Below, piece by piece: positions 56,639-64,000 of a stretch of DNA of 64,000 nt (the first letter of the stretch is position 1; each line of letters starts with the position of its first letter). A program made the translations under genes and the position numbers. The notes beneath the pieces are model-generated. The model was given only the letters and a program-made list of their open reading frames with translations. It made no database searches and was not told where the DNA came from. Origin of the DNA: a virus; the IMG/VR virus record IMGVR_UViG_3300029305_003442; one strand, written 5' to 3'.

Positions 56639-57463
56639 TTAAGAGTTTTTTAATTCATCAATAAAGATAAATTGTTGAGCATATGGAAGTGAGCGAGCCA
56701 TTTTAATAAAACTTTCAGTTATAAAATCATCTCCATCGCCAGACCATTCAGTTAATTTGTGAAATCTACGCTGACTAGGAGAGCACATTGCATAAGCATT
56801 TTCATATGTGAATGTACAAGTGCGTGTTTGAAGCCATGCTTGAGAATTCCATCTAACTAATTCTTTCCAATATCTTTTATCATTTGTATCATTATATCGC
56901 TGACGTAAAAATTCAAGAAATGGAATTAAATGATTCTCTGCCATTAAGGCAATATCTGTATCTTCAATTTGAGGATTATAATCATCAGTTTCAAAGCAGT
57001 CAATTGTAATTGGTTTGCTCGTAAGTTTATGCATAGTGCTTGTTGAATTAGCTACCGTTCCTACTTTGTAGGTGTCATATTCTTTCCACCAATATAGAGG
57101 AGCAGTAATGTCAACACAAACCATGATTTGCCGCATAAATTTACGGTGTTCAGAACCTGCTTTAATCAAAGTTTGCGCAAGTTTCATATCTTTTGGTCCA
57201 ATAGCAGCATATTCATAAAGACCTCTATCTTCATATATAACTACATCTTTTAAAAATTTATCTAAATCTACAGAAGTAATAGTAGAACATTGTAATTCTT
57301 CATTGTAATTATGCTTATTTAAGACATCGGTTGCTACATCTACTACATTATCCCAATTACCTAAACCAAACTAACTATCACTTAAATGCCAAGACTCTTT
57401 AGGGTTGCGCATTCCACGCAGTGCGCCTTCAAAATTAAATACTCTAATATTTTCAAATTTCAC
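56639..57463 (-). CDS. ThyX-like (flavin-dependent thymidylate synthase family) protein, 274 aa, GTG start, 1 TAG at 57371-57373; RHR motif not evident
   Basis: GSEHRKFMRQIMV...APLYWWKEY resembles the ThyX core (ETPFEHIVFTF...APIFVARQW) but the RHRxxS signature is replaced. Confidence 0.35.
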
Positions 57464-57465
57464 TG

Positions 57466-57768
57466 TTAATCATCCTCACTTAAAGTATATCCAGCAATAG
57501 AATTTTTATAACAATAATGTTGAGTTAAACGTTTCATAAACATTTCTAATTCATCAATATAAAAAATTTTATCTTCTTCCCATTCATCTAAATGGTCTTC
57601 AATAAAATCTGAATAAGAAACAAATTCAATACCAATGATACCATAAGCTTTAGCCTTTTCACTTAAAGCAATTGGATTTGCGCAAATAATTGCGCCATTT
57701 GTTTCTTTTGCTTTAAGCATAAGCTTTTTTGTCTTTCCACTTCCGCGGGAATCAATAACTCTAAACAT
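57466..57768 (-). CDS. Hypothetical protein (100 aa)
   Basis: Track ORF. Confidence 0.4.
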   Translation of the reverse strand: MFRVIDSRGSGKTKKLMLKAKETNGAIICANPIALSEKAKAYGIIGIEFVSYSDFIEDHLDEWEEDKIFYIDELEMFMKRLTQHYCYKNSIAGYTLSEDD

Positions 57769-57769
57769 A

Positions 57770-58759
57770 TTATTTGTTACCTCGTGTCATATTATAACCA
57801 AATGTTTCACTTTGATAATATTTAATCCAAAATTTTTCTTTTTCATTAAGTTGCGTTCTATCACATTCTTCAAGAATTTCAAAAGAGAAATTTTCTACTT
57901 TATCACTTTTCATAGCAGTATATAATTTATTGTTTGAACCATCAATACCTAAACCAGCTTTAATATGTGTTTTAAATCTATCAGCAATATTAACTGATTG
58001 TCCTATATAACACATTTGATTATTTAAATTAGTAATTTTATAAATACCAATTTTATTTTCTGTACCTATTAATCTGCCAATTAAATCACTTGTAGGTTTT
58101 TCATAATAAGTTTTCCAAATAATTTTATTTAATGGTTCTTCATTTCTTAAATAAGGAATTATTGAACGCAATTTTTCAATTTCATTTTTATCTGTATCAG
58201 ATAATTGTATTTTATAAAATTCTTTTTTATTGTTTTCTTCTAAAGTTCTTTTATTCGCTTGAATAGCCGCATTTACAATAGAAGTCTAATCATTAATTTT
58301 TTGTTCCAAAAGAGATAAAGTATCCTAATGCTATTTTATAGTTTCTGCGGTTTGCTGCGCAAGTTCTTCCATTAAATTAAAATATTCTTCTTCACATTGC
58401 TTTTTATTCTTTTCAAATTCAATTCGCATATTTTCAGTAGATAATTCAAATTCTTTTTCCGCAATCTATTTACTTTGTTTATAAATAACTTCTCCAGCTT
58501 GCTTTGCCTATTCTTCAATTAACATAATACTTTTCTATGTCTCTTCTCTTTTGGATTCTAAAAATTTTATATTTCCTTTTAAATTTAAAGAATCTAATTT
58601 TAATGATTGATTTTCATTTGTCAATATTTCATTTTCTTTTTGTAATTCTTCGTTTTTAAATGCTATTTCTTTATTATAAGTAATATTTTTTTTACCTTTT
58701 AATAAATAAAAACAAAGCATTCCAAATAGAAAACTTAAAATACATAAAAATATTGTCAT
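57770..58759 (-). CDS. TM-anchored coiled-coil protein with C-terminal GIY-YIG nuclease domain (329 aa, 6 in-frame TAG)
   Basis: Track ORFs 58535-58759 (TM + coiled coil) and 57770-58171 (IGIYKITNLNNQMCYIGQSVNIADRFKTH) are in one frame (990 nt); intervening 122 codons verified open except TAG. Confidence 0.5.
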
Positions 58760-58814
58760 ATTTTAGAAAAATTAAGGGATAGATGTTTAGTCTATCCCTA
58801 TATTTATATTATAA

Positions 58815-59084
58815 TTATTCTGCTTCCTCAGCATCAGGGTCAAAACTCATACCTGCAGGAGTAAGGGACAAGAACTTAACTGCCTTGTGAGTACCATCAT
58901 CCAACTCAATTTCAGCAGGAGTACGAAGACCAAGACCCTTTCTCTGGATAGCAGAGGTAAAAATGCCATCTACCTAACGCTTTTCAATACCAAGTGCCTC
59001 TGCAACATCAGCAGCAGTAACATTAGCACCATTAACTTCCTTCAAATAATTAAGAACCTTCTTAGAATTTTCCTTCATAGCCAT
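58815..59084 (-). CDS. Hypothetical protein (89 aa, 1 TAG), GC-richer
   Basis: AGGAGA SD; ATG 59084; verified to TAA 58815-58817. Confidence 0.4.
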
Positions 59085-59161
59085 AATAGTAAAATCTCCT
59101 TTAAATTATAAATATTTTTTTAATTTTAAATTTTTTAATTAAGCTTTTTGCTTATGTAAAT

Positions 59162-59190
59162 ATTATACCAAAAAATTTTTTAAATGTCAA
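59162..59190 (-). promoter_or_regulatory. Perfect consensus promoter TTGACA-17-TATAAT (minus)
   Basis: fwd tgtcaa 59185-59190, attata 59162-59167. Confidence 0.5.
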
Positions 59191-59383
59191 ATTTTTTTGA
59201 CGATAAAATCTCTTGAACCATTTCATCAATAATGGTCATATCTTCAAGTTTATCTACATGACTTGATAGATTAAAAATTTCTGCTTCTGCTTTTTTTACT
59301 TTTTGTGGGTCATTACTATTTTGAATAATCCATTCAGCTTTAGCAATTTTATTTGCGAGATTTTTACGTTCTTTATTTTTCAT
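59180..59383 (-). CDS. Small hypothetical protein (67 aa)
   Basis: Track ORF; GGAAGAA SD. Confidence 0.4.
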   Translation of the reverse strand: MKNKERKNLANKIAKAEWIIQNSNDPQKVKKAEAEIFNLSSHVDKLEDMTIIDEMVQEILSSKKFDI

Positions 59384-59414
59384 AAAATTTTCTTCCTTAA
59401 TCTTTACTATATAT

Positions 59415-59443
59415 ATTATATCATAAATTTTTTAAAAAGTCAA
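59415..59443 (-). promoter_or_regulatory. Promoter-family member (TTGACT-17-TATAAT)
   Basis: fwd agtcaa 59438-59443, attata 59415-59420. Confidence 0.5.
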
Positions 59444-59454
59444 AAAATTTTGAT

Positions 59455-61407
59455 TTATTTTAAAAAATTTTTTTCAAATTCTTCTTCCGTAATAATCGGA
59501 ATACCAAGCTTTTGAGCAGATTGATTTTTTCCAGTAGTAGAAGCAATATCATTATTAATTAAATAACTTGTATTTTTGCTTACACTATCCATTACTTTTC
59601 CGCCCATATTTTCAATAATTAATTTTAAATCATCACGTTTTTTATAATTATTTAATTTACCAGTAATAACAAACTTTAATCCATCGCAAGTTTTTTCAAT
59701 TTCTTCATTAATTATAGTATTTTGAATTGGAGGACAAATATATTTTTCATATATTTCATCTGCTTCACTATAATCAAAATTCCAAATAGCTAAAGTTTTT
59801 GATTCCGCAAAACCATCTAATTTAGAAAAATCAAATTTTTCATTTATCATATTCCTAAAGTTTAAATAAGTAGAACATTTCTCTATTAAAATTTTAGCTA
59901 CAGAATTTCCAATAAGAGGAATACCAAGAGCAGATATAAAAGAAACATCATCACATATCTTAGCTTCTTCAATCGCATTTAAGATTTTATCCACAGAAGC
60001 GATTCCAAAACCTGGTTTTTCAATCCATTCATCTCTATAATCTTTTAATGTAAAAATATCTTTTATATTTTCAATCCAATTCCAATCAATTAATTTTTCT
60101 AAAGTAGCTTTAGACAAACCTTTAATATTTAAACCTTTTTTTGAACAAAAATGGTCTAATTTATTAAGAAATTTACCTTCACAATTAAGATTATTACATA
60201 CTAATACAGTGGAACAATTTTCTGTAACTGTAATAGTTTCTCCACCACAAATAGGACATTGTCTTGGAATATCAATAATTAAATCTTGAATATAACAATT
60301 ATCACTTTTTTCTGCTCGTTCAATTTGAGGAATAATCATATTTCTTTTAGAAACCCAAATTTTTTGATATACTTGCGGCATATCACCTAAAGTTTCTTTA
60401 AGAATACTAAGATTATGAAGATTTGCTCTTTCCACCATTGTACCATCAATTTCTACTGGATTAAATACTGCTACTGGTGTTAATACTCCTGTACGACCCA
60501 TTGTATATTCAATATTTAATAATGAGGTTTCATATTCTTCATCATAGAATTTAAATGCCATAGCATTTTTAAAATGGTGGTCAGTAGCTCCTAAACTTTT
60601 TCCATATTCAATATCATTAAATTTAAAAACTATTCCATCAATAGGATAATTTAAATGATGTGCGGCTTCAATAATTTCATCATCAATTGTTTCCCAATTG
60701 AAATCATTGTCATATCTATAAGGAACAATAGAAAAATTTAAAAAAGATAATTTTTTTAATTTTTCTGATAATAATTTAATATCATTAAAACCTTCAATAA
60801 CATCCCAAGCAATAAAACATAAATTACGTTTAGCACATTCTTTGGAATCAAGTAATCTAATACTACCTGCCGCAAAATTACGAGGATTTTTATACATTGT
60901 TTTAAATAATTCATTAAAAGTATCAAGAGGGCAAATAATTTCTCCATCAACAATTAACTCATCTTTATAATCAATATATTTAGGGATATTATCAACAACC
61001 CAAGCATTATGAGTTATATCTTCTCCCTCAACTCCATTACCACGAGTTTCTGCGGAAACCAATTTACCATTTAAATATCGTAATGAACAAGTTAAACCAT
61101 CCATCTTAAACATACATAAATAATTTTTATTTTGTTTAAGAAAATTTTTAATTACATTAATATCTTTAGTCTTATCAAGTGAAAGCATTAAATGATTATG
61201 TTTAACTTTTTTTAATTCATTTATTACATTATAAACGATTTTTTGTGTGGGTGAATCATCATAAATAATTCCAGTCTTTTCTTCTAAATGAATTAATTCA
61301 AAAAACTTATCATCATATTCTTTATCAGAAATAGTTGGATGACCTTCATCATATTCTTTTGTTCTGGCATTTAAATAATCAATCAATTCTCTGATAATTA
61401 ATTCCAT
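59455..61407 (-). CDS. ligA: NAD-dependent DNA ligase
   Basis: 650 aa; adenylation KMDG motif (CMFKMDGLT), OB/Zn/HhH and C-terminal BRCT-like region; no TAG. Confidence 0.8.
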   Translation of the reverse strand: MELIIRELIDYLNARTKEYDEGHPTISDKEYDDKFFELIHLEEKTGIIYDDSPTQKIVYNVINELKKVKHNHLMLSLDKTKDINVIKNFLKQNKNYLCMFKMDGLTCSLRYLNGKLVSAETRGNGVEGEDITHNAWVVDNIPKYIDYKDELIVDGEIICPLDTFNELFKTMYKNPRNFAAGSIRLLDSKECAKRNLCFIAWDVIEGFNDIKLLSEKLKKLSFLNFSIVPYRYDNDFNWETIDDEIIEAAHHLNYPIDGIVFKFNDIEYGKSLGATDHHFKNAMAFKFYDEEYETSLLNIEYTMGRTGVLTPVAVFNPVEIDGTMVERANLHNLSILKETLGDMPQVYQKIWVSKRNMIIPQIERAEKSDNCYIQDLIIDIPRQCPICGGETITVTENCSTVLVCNNLNCEGKFLNKLDHFCSKKGLNIKGLSKATLEKLIDWNWIENIKDIFTLKDYRDEWIEKPGFGIASVDKILNAIEEAKICDDVSFISALGIPLIGNSVAKILIEKCSTYLNFRNMINEKFDFSKLDGFAESKTLAIWNFDYSEADEIYEKYICPPIQNTIINEEIEKTCDGLKFVITGKLNNYKKRDDLKLIIENMGGKVMDSVSKNTSYLINNDIASTTGKNQSAQKLGIPIITEEEFEKNFLK

Positions 61408-61440
61408 AATAAAATCCTTTATGATTTATTTTCTATATAT

Positions 61441-61469
61441 ATTATATAATATTTTTTTAAAAATATCAA
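61441..61469 (-). promoter_or_regulatory. Promoter-family member (TTGATA-17-TATAAT) upstream of ligA
   Basis: fwd tatcaa 61464-61469, attata 61441-61446. Confidence 0.45.
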
Positions 61470-61482
61470 TATAAGGAAGCTA

Positions 61483-61755
61483 TTAAGCTTCCTTATAAAT
61501 TCCATATTTCATATCCTCTAATAATTGTTTATAAAAATTACAAAATGGAGAATCTGAAAAAGATATAACACTATCATTTATAAATAAAATACCTTTTATA
61601 TTAGCATTCCCATTTGTAATAGTTACAGATTCTGAAGTAATATATTTATTTTTTATTTCTAAAAAAGAAATATCGTCTTTGTAATTAGGACAATTGTCTT
61701 CCCACAAATCTAAAATATGACGAAAATCTTTATTTGTATAAATTATTTTTATCAT
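61483..61755 (-). CDS. Hypothetical protein (90 aa)
   Basis: Track ORF; stop lies in hairpin AAGGAAGCT-atta-AGCTTCCTT. Confidence 0.35.
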   Translation of the reverse strand: MIKIIYTNKDFRHILDLWEDNCPNYKDDISFLEIKNKYITSESVTITNGNANIKGILFINDSVISFSDSPFCNFYKQLLEDMKYGIYKEA

Positions 61756-61757
61756 TT

Positions 61758-64000
61758 TTATACTTTACTCACTGAAATAATTTTATTATTTTTGATAATT
61801 TGATTACCAACTGAAACCCTTCCAAGAGTTGGAATTTCATTAGATTTTATACAAATTGAATTTTTATCACCGCAGATTAAAATGTTATCTTCATTAGATA
61901 ACAAGGCGGCCGCAGATACAAAACCTGTCGTTGTGGTAGGTTTATAACATAACAAACCTTTACCACCCTTCTTTTGGATAGGAGTTTCACTAATTAAGTA
62001 TTTTTTACCTAATCCATTTTCAGTAAAGATAGCAATCATATCTTTTTCATCTCTAATGACAAGAGTAGTAATTACATTATCATCTTTACTTAAATTAATT
62101 CCTTTAACTCCTTGAGTTATGCGTCCCATAGCTCCAACTTCCATAGAATTAAATTTAATTGTATAACCATTTTTCGTGACAATAATGACAGGTTCATCTT
62201 TAATTAAATTGACAGAAACTAATTCATCATCATCTTTAATATTAATTGCCGCAATTCCACTCTTTTTTGAAGTTTTAATATATTCGTCAAGCGCAGTTTT
62301 CTTTACTAAGCCATTCTTTGTCGTAAATAATACATATTTAGCATCAGTATCTCTATAAATAGAATAAATTACTGTAGGATTTTCATTTGGTTCCATTGTA
62401 ACCAAAGACTTAATAGATTGACCTTTTGCCGTATTATTTCCAACAGGAATATCGTTAACTAATAAACGATACATTCTTCCTTTATCAGTAAAAATCATTA
62501 GAGAATCAATTGTATTAGTGCGGATTACCATTGAAGTAATATCATCTTGCGTGCGCACTCCTACACCATTTCTTCGTTGTGTACGGAAAGAAGAACTAGG
62601 AACTCTTTTAATTAAGCCACTTTCTGTCATAACAACTACACATTTTTCAGGCTCAACAAATTCAATTTCTTTTTCTTCTTTATTTTCAGAAATATTATTT
62701 AACTTTGTCCTTCTGGCATCACCATATGCGTCCCGCAAAGAAGATATTTTTTTAATTAATATTCCATCACGATAAGATTTATTTCCAATAATACGATTAC
62801 ATTCTTCAATAAAAATTTCCTTTTCTTGCTTCTCTTGGATAAGTTCATTTTTATCAATACGAGTTAATTTTACTAATTTCATATCTAAAATAGCATCTGC
62901 TTGAATTTCATCTATATTCAAGAAAGAAACAAGACTTGTACGAGCAATATTTTTATTTTCTGAATTTTTAATTAATTTAATTACTTCATCAATTTTATCA
63001 ATAGCAATAATTAAACCTTCAATAATATGTAATCTTTTTTCAGCTTTATCTTTATCAAAATATGTGGCATTAAGTAATACATCTTCTTGATGAATTACAT
63101 AATATTTAATTAAATCATAAAGAGAACAAAGCTTTGGTGTTCCATTTACAATAAAATTCATATTAAATGATAGAGTTGTCTGTAAATCAGTTAAAGCAAA
63201 TAATTTACTTAAAGCAGTTTGGATACATCCTTCATCTTTTACTGTGAATACAAGTCTATTAATACCAACTGATGATTCATCATCAAAATCAATAATACTT
63301 TTTTCAAGTTCTTCAATATTATCGTTAATTTGTTCTTTAATTTTATTTCTATATGTTCTATATGGAATTGAATTAAAAATAATTTTATTATTTTCAATTT
63401 CATAATCACCACGAACTTTTAACGAAACATTTGATTTACCAGTAGCATATGCTGAACGCACTTCTTTAATATTGATGATTTGACCTCCTAAAGGAAAATC
63501 CGGTCCAGGAATATCTTTCATTAATTCATCAATATTAATATTTCCTTCATTTTCAATATAATGAATAATAGCATTACAAACTTCTGTTAAATTATGAGGA
63601 AGTGAATTGTGTGCCATTGAAATACCAATAGCCTGTCTACCATTACAAAGAGCATTTGGGAATAAACCAGGAAGAACTACAGGCTCCATAAATTCACCAT
63701 TATAAGTCTCTTTTTCTGGAATAACTTTCTTTTTATAATCATTCATCATTAAATCAGTATATAAAGAAGGTTTTGCTTCAGTATATCTGGATGATGCTAC
63801 CATATCATTAGATTCTTGAGTTCCTAATGAACCTTGTCCTTTAACAAGTGGATATCTCATTAAAAACTCTTGTGACATTTTACATAAGACTCCATAACAA
63901 GAAATATCACCATGAAAATATGATGTTGCTAACGTGCTACCAACGATAGCATTACATTTCTTTGTTTTTCCTTTAGAATCCATTTTAAGATAATCTTCCA
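61758..64000 (-). CDS. Type IIA topoisomerase A subunit (GyrA/ParC / T4 gp52-like), N-terminus beyond window end
   Basis: YFHGD, MRYPLVKGQGSLG, GRQAIGISMAHNSLPHNL motifs; frame open upstream of 63983 to window edge. Confidence 0.75.
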   Translation of the reverse strand, partial: EDYLKMDSKGKTKKCNAIVGSTLATSYFHGDISCYGVLCKMSQEFLMRYPLVKGQGSLGTQESNDMVASSRYTEAKPSLYTDLMMNDYKKKVIPEKETYNGEFMEPVVLPGLFPNALCNGRQAIGISMAHNSLPHNLTEVCNAIIHYIENEGNINIDELMKDIPGPDFPLGGQIINIKEVRSAYATGKSNVSLKVRGDYEIENNKIIFNSIPYRTYRNKIKEQINDNIEELEKSIIDFDDESSVGINRLVFTVKDEGCIQTALSKLFALTDLQTTLSFNMNFIVNGTPKLCSLYDLIKYYVIHQEDVLLNATYFDKDKAEKRLHIIEGLIIAIDKIDEVIKLIKNSENKNIARTSLVSFLNIDEIQADAILDMKLVKLTRIDKNELIQEKQEKEIFIEECNRIIGNKSYRDGILIKKISSLRDAYGDARRTKLNNISENKEEKEIEFVEPEKCVVVMTESGLIKRVPSSSFRTQRRNGVGVRTQDDITSMVIRTNTIDSLMIFTDKGRMYRLLVNDIPVGNNTAKGQSIKSLVTMEPNENPTVIYSIYRDTDAKYVLFTTKNGLVKKTALDEYIKTSKKSGIAAINIKDDDELVSVNLIKDEPVIIVTKNGYTIKFNSMEVGAMGRITQGVKGINLSKDDNVITTLVIRDEKDMIAIFTENGLGKKYLISETPIQKKGGKGLLCYKPTTTTGFVSAAALLSNEDNILICGDKNSICIKSNEIPTLGRVSVGNQIIKNNKIISVSKV

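Noticed and set aside
56639-57463. Confident thyX annotation
   Set aside because: Core similarity to ThyX is partial and the RHRxxS signature appears absent; listed only as ThyX-like at low confidence.
986-62775. Numerous track ORFs opposite to or out of frame with the genes called here, none of which has an SD or homology. They fall in three groups. The first is 986-1192, 1837-2052(-), 3654-3878(-), 8897-9100(-), 11161-11364(-), 11671-11853(-), 12425-12646(-), 14827-15009(-), 19553-19738(-), 20941-21141(-), 21601-21831(-), 22355-22546, 23333-23521(-), 25184-25471(-), 25606-25806, 26749-26937(-). The second is 31546-31737, 31816-32088, 32881-33087(-), 32939-33454(-), 35541-35837, 38174-38437, 39811-40035, 41080-41277, 43480-43686, 44386-44577(-), 47720-47917, 48111-48332, 48817-49020. 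The third is 53035-53238, 54415-54633, 55452-56015, 56019-56225, 58887-59111, 59303-59515, 60756-60953(-), 62176-62358, 62518-62775.
   Set aside because: Each is embedded antisense or out of frame inside a long, homology-supported or TAG-continuous gene; typical AT-rich spurious ORFs.
1-64000. CRISPR arrays, tRNA/tmRNA genes, integrase/attachment sites
   Set aside because: No spaced direct-repeat arrays, no cloverleaf-like GC-rich 70-90 nt segments with T-loop GTTCRANYC motifs, and no tyrosine/serine recombinase motifs were seen; the only structured GC-rich non-coding segment (44150-44330) is explained by the intron core.

Overview
This 64 kb window looks like part of a large tailed phage or prophage of a low-GC, anaerobic, Firmicute-like host. 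The host inference rests on strong Shine-Dalgarno sites, perfect TTGACA-N17-TATAAT promoters, hairpin/T-run terminators, anaerobic RNR and a LytTR regulator. TAG is used as a sense codon, almost certainly Gln, while TGA and TAA terminate; this is why the ORF track is fragmented, with pieces in one frame joined only by TAG.

Layout:
- 1-29740 (+): late/virion module, with TAG dense in every gene. It holds several tail-fibre-like proteins (a 5'-partial giant one, and a 2050-codon protein with a CotH-like kinase-fold domain and C-terminal BspA-type LRRs) plus other structural genes. Behind a perfect sigma-70 promoter sits a cassette: a 101-aa protein, a 389-aa Cys/Ser/Thr/Asn-rich protein, two tandem radical-SAM/SPASM enzymes, an unknown protein, an aldo-keto-reductase/ferredoxin fusion and a holin. 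The region ends in a bidirectional terminator.
- 29743-30447 (-): an orphan LytTR-family response regulator with its own consensus promoter.
- 30760-33700 (+): a compositionally distinct cargo island; 31250-33450 is GC-richer. It encodes a Gln-rich protein whose Gln tracts mix CAA and TAG, a Gly/Trp/Cys-rich membrane protein, a BclA-C/C1q-like jelly-roll protein and others.
- 33802 to beyond 64000 (-): replication and nucleotide-metabolism module. Genes: RuvC-like, dUTPase, NrdG, NrdD, guanylate-kinase-like, DnaE, RecD/Dda-like helicase, secreted lysozyme-like protein, RecJ-like, primase, DnaB-like helicase, Sak4-like ATPase with an SSB-like partner, ThyX-like, a TM/coiled-coil GIY-YIG nuclease, NAD-ligase, and a GyrA/gp52-like topoisomerase subunit (partial). 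At least nine near-identical sigma-A-type promoters drive it, often placed directly after terminators.

dnaE is interrupted by a roughly 1.18 kb group I intron carrying a GIY-YIG/NUMOD homing endonuclease, which itself contains an in-frame TAG. The large replication enzymes contain no TAG, whereas many small early genes (dut, ruvC-like, sak4-like and others) need TAG read-through.

No tRNA, CRISPR array or integrase was recognised in the window. Coordinates that do not coincide with the supplied ORF track were derived by codon counting from track anchors and may be off by 1-2 nt.
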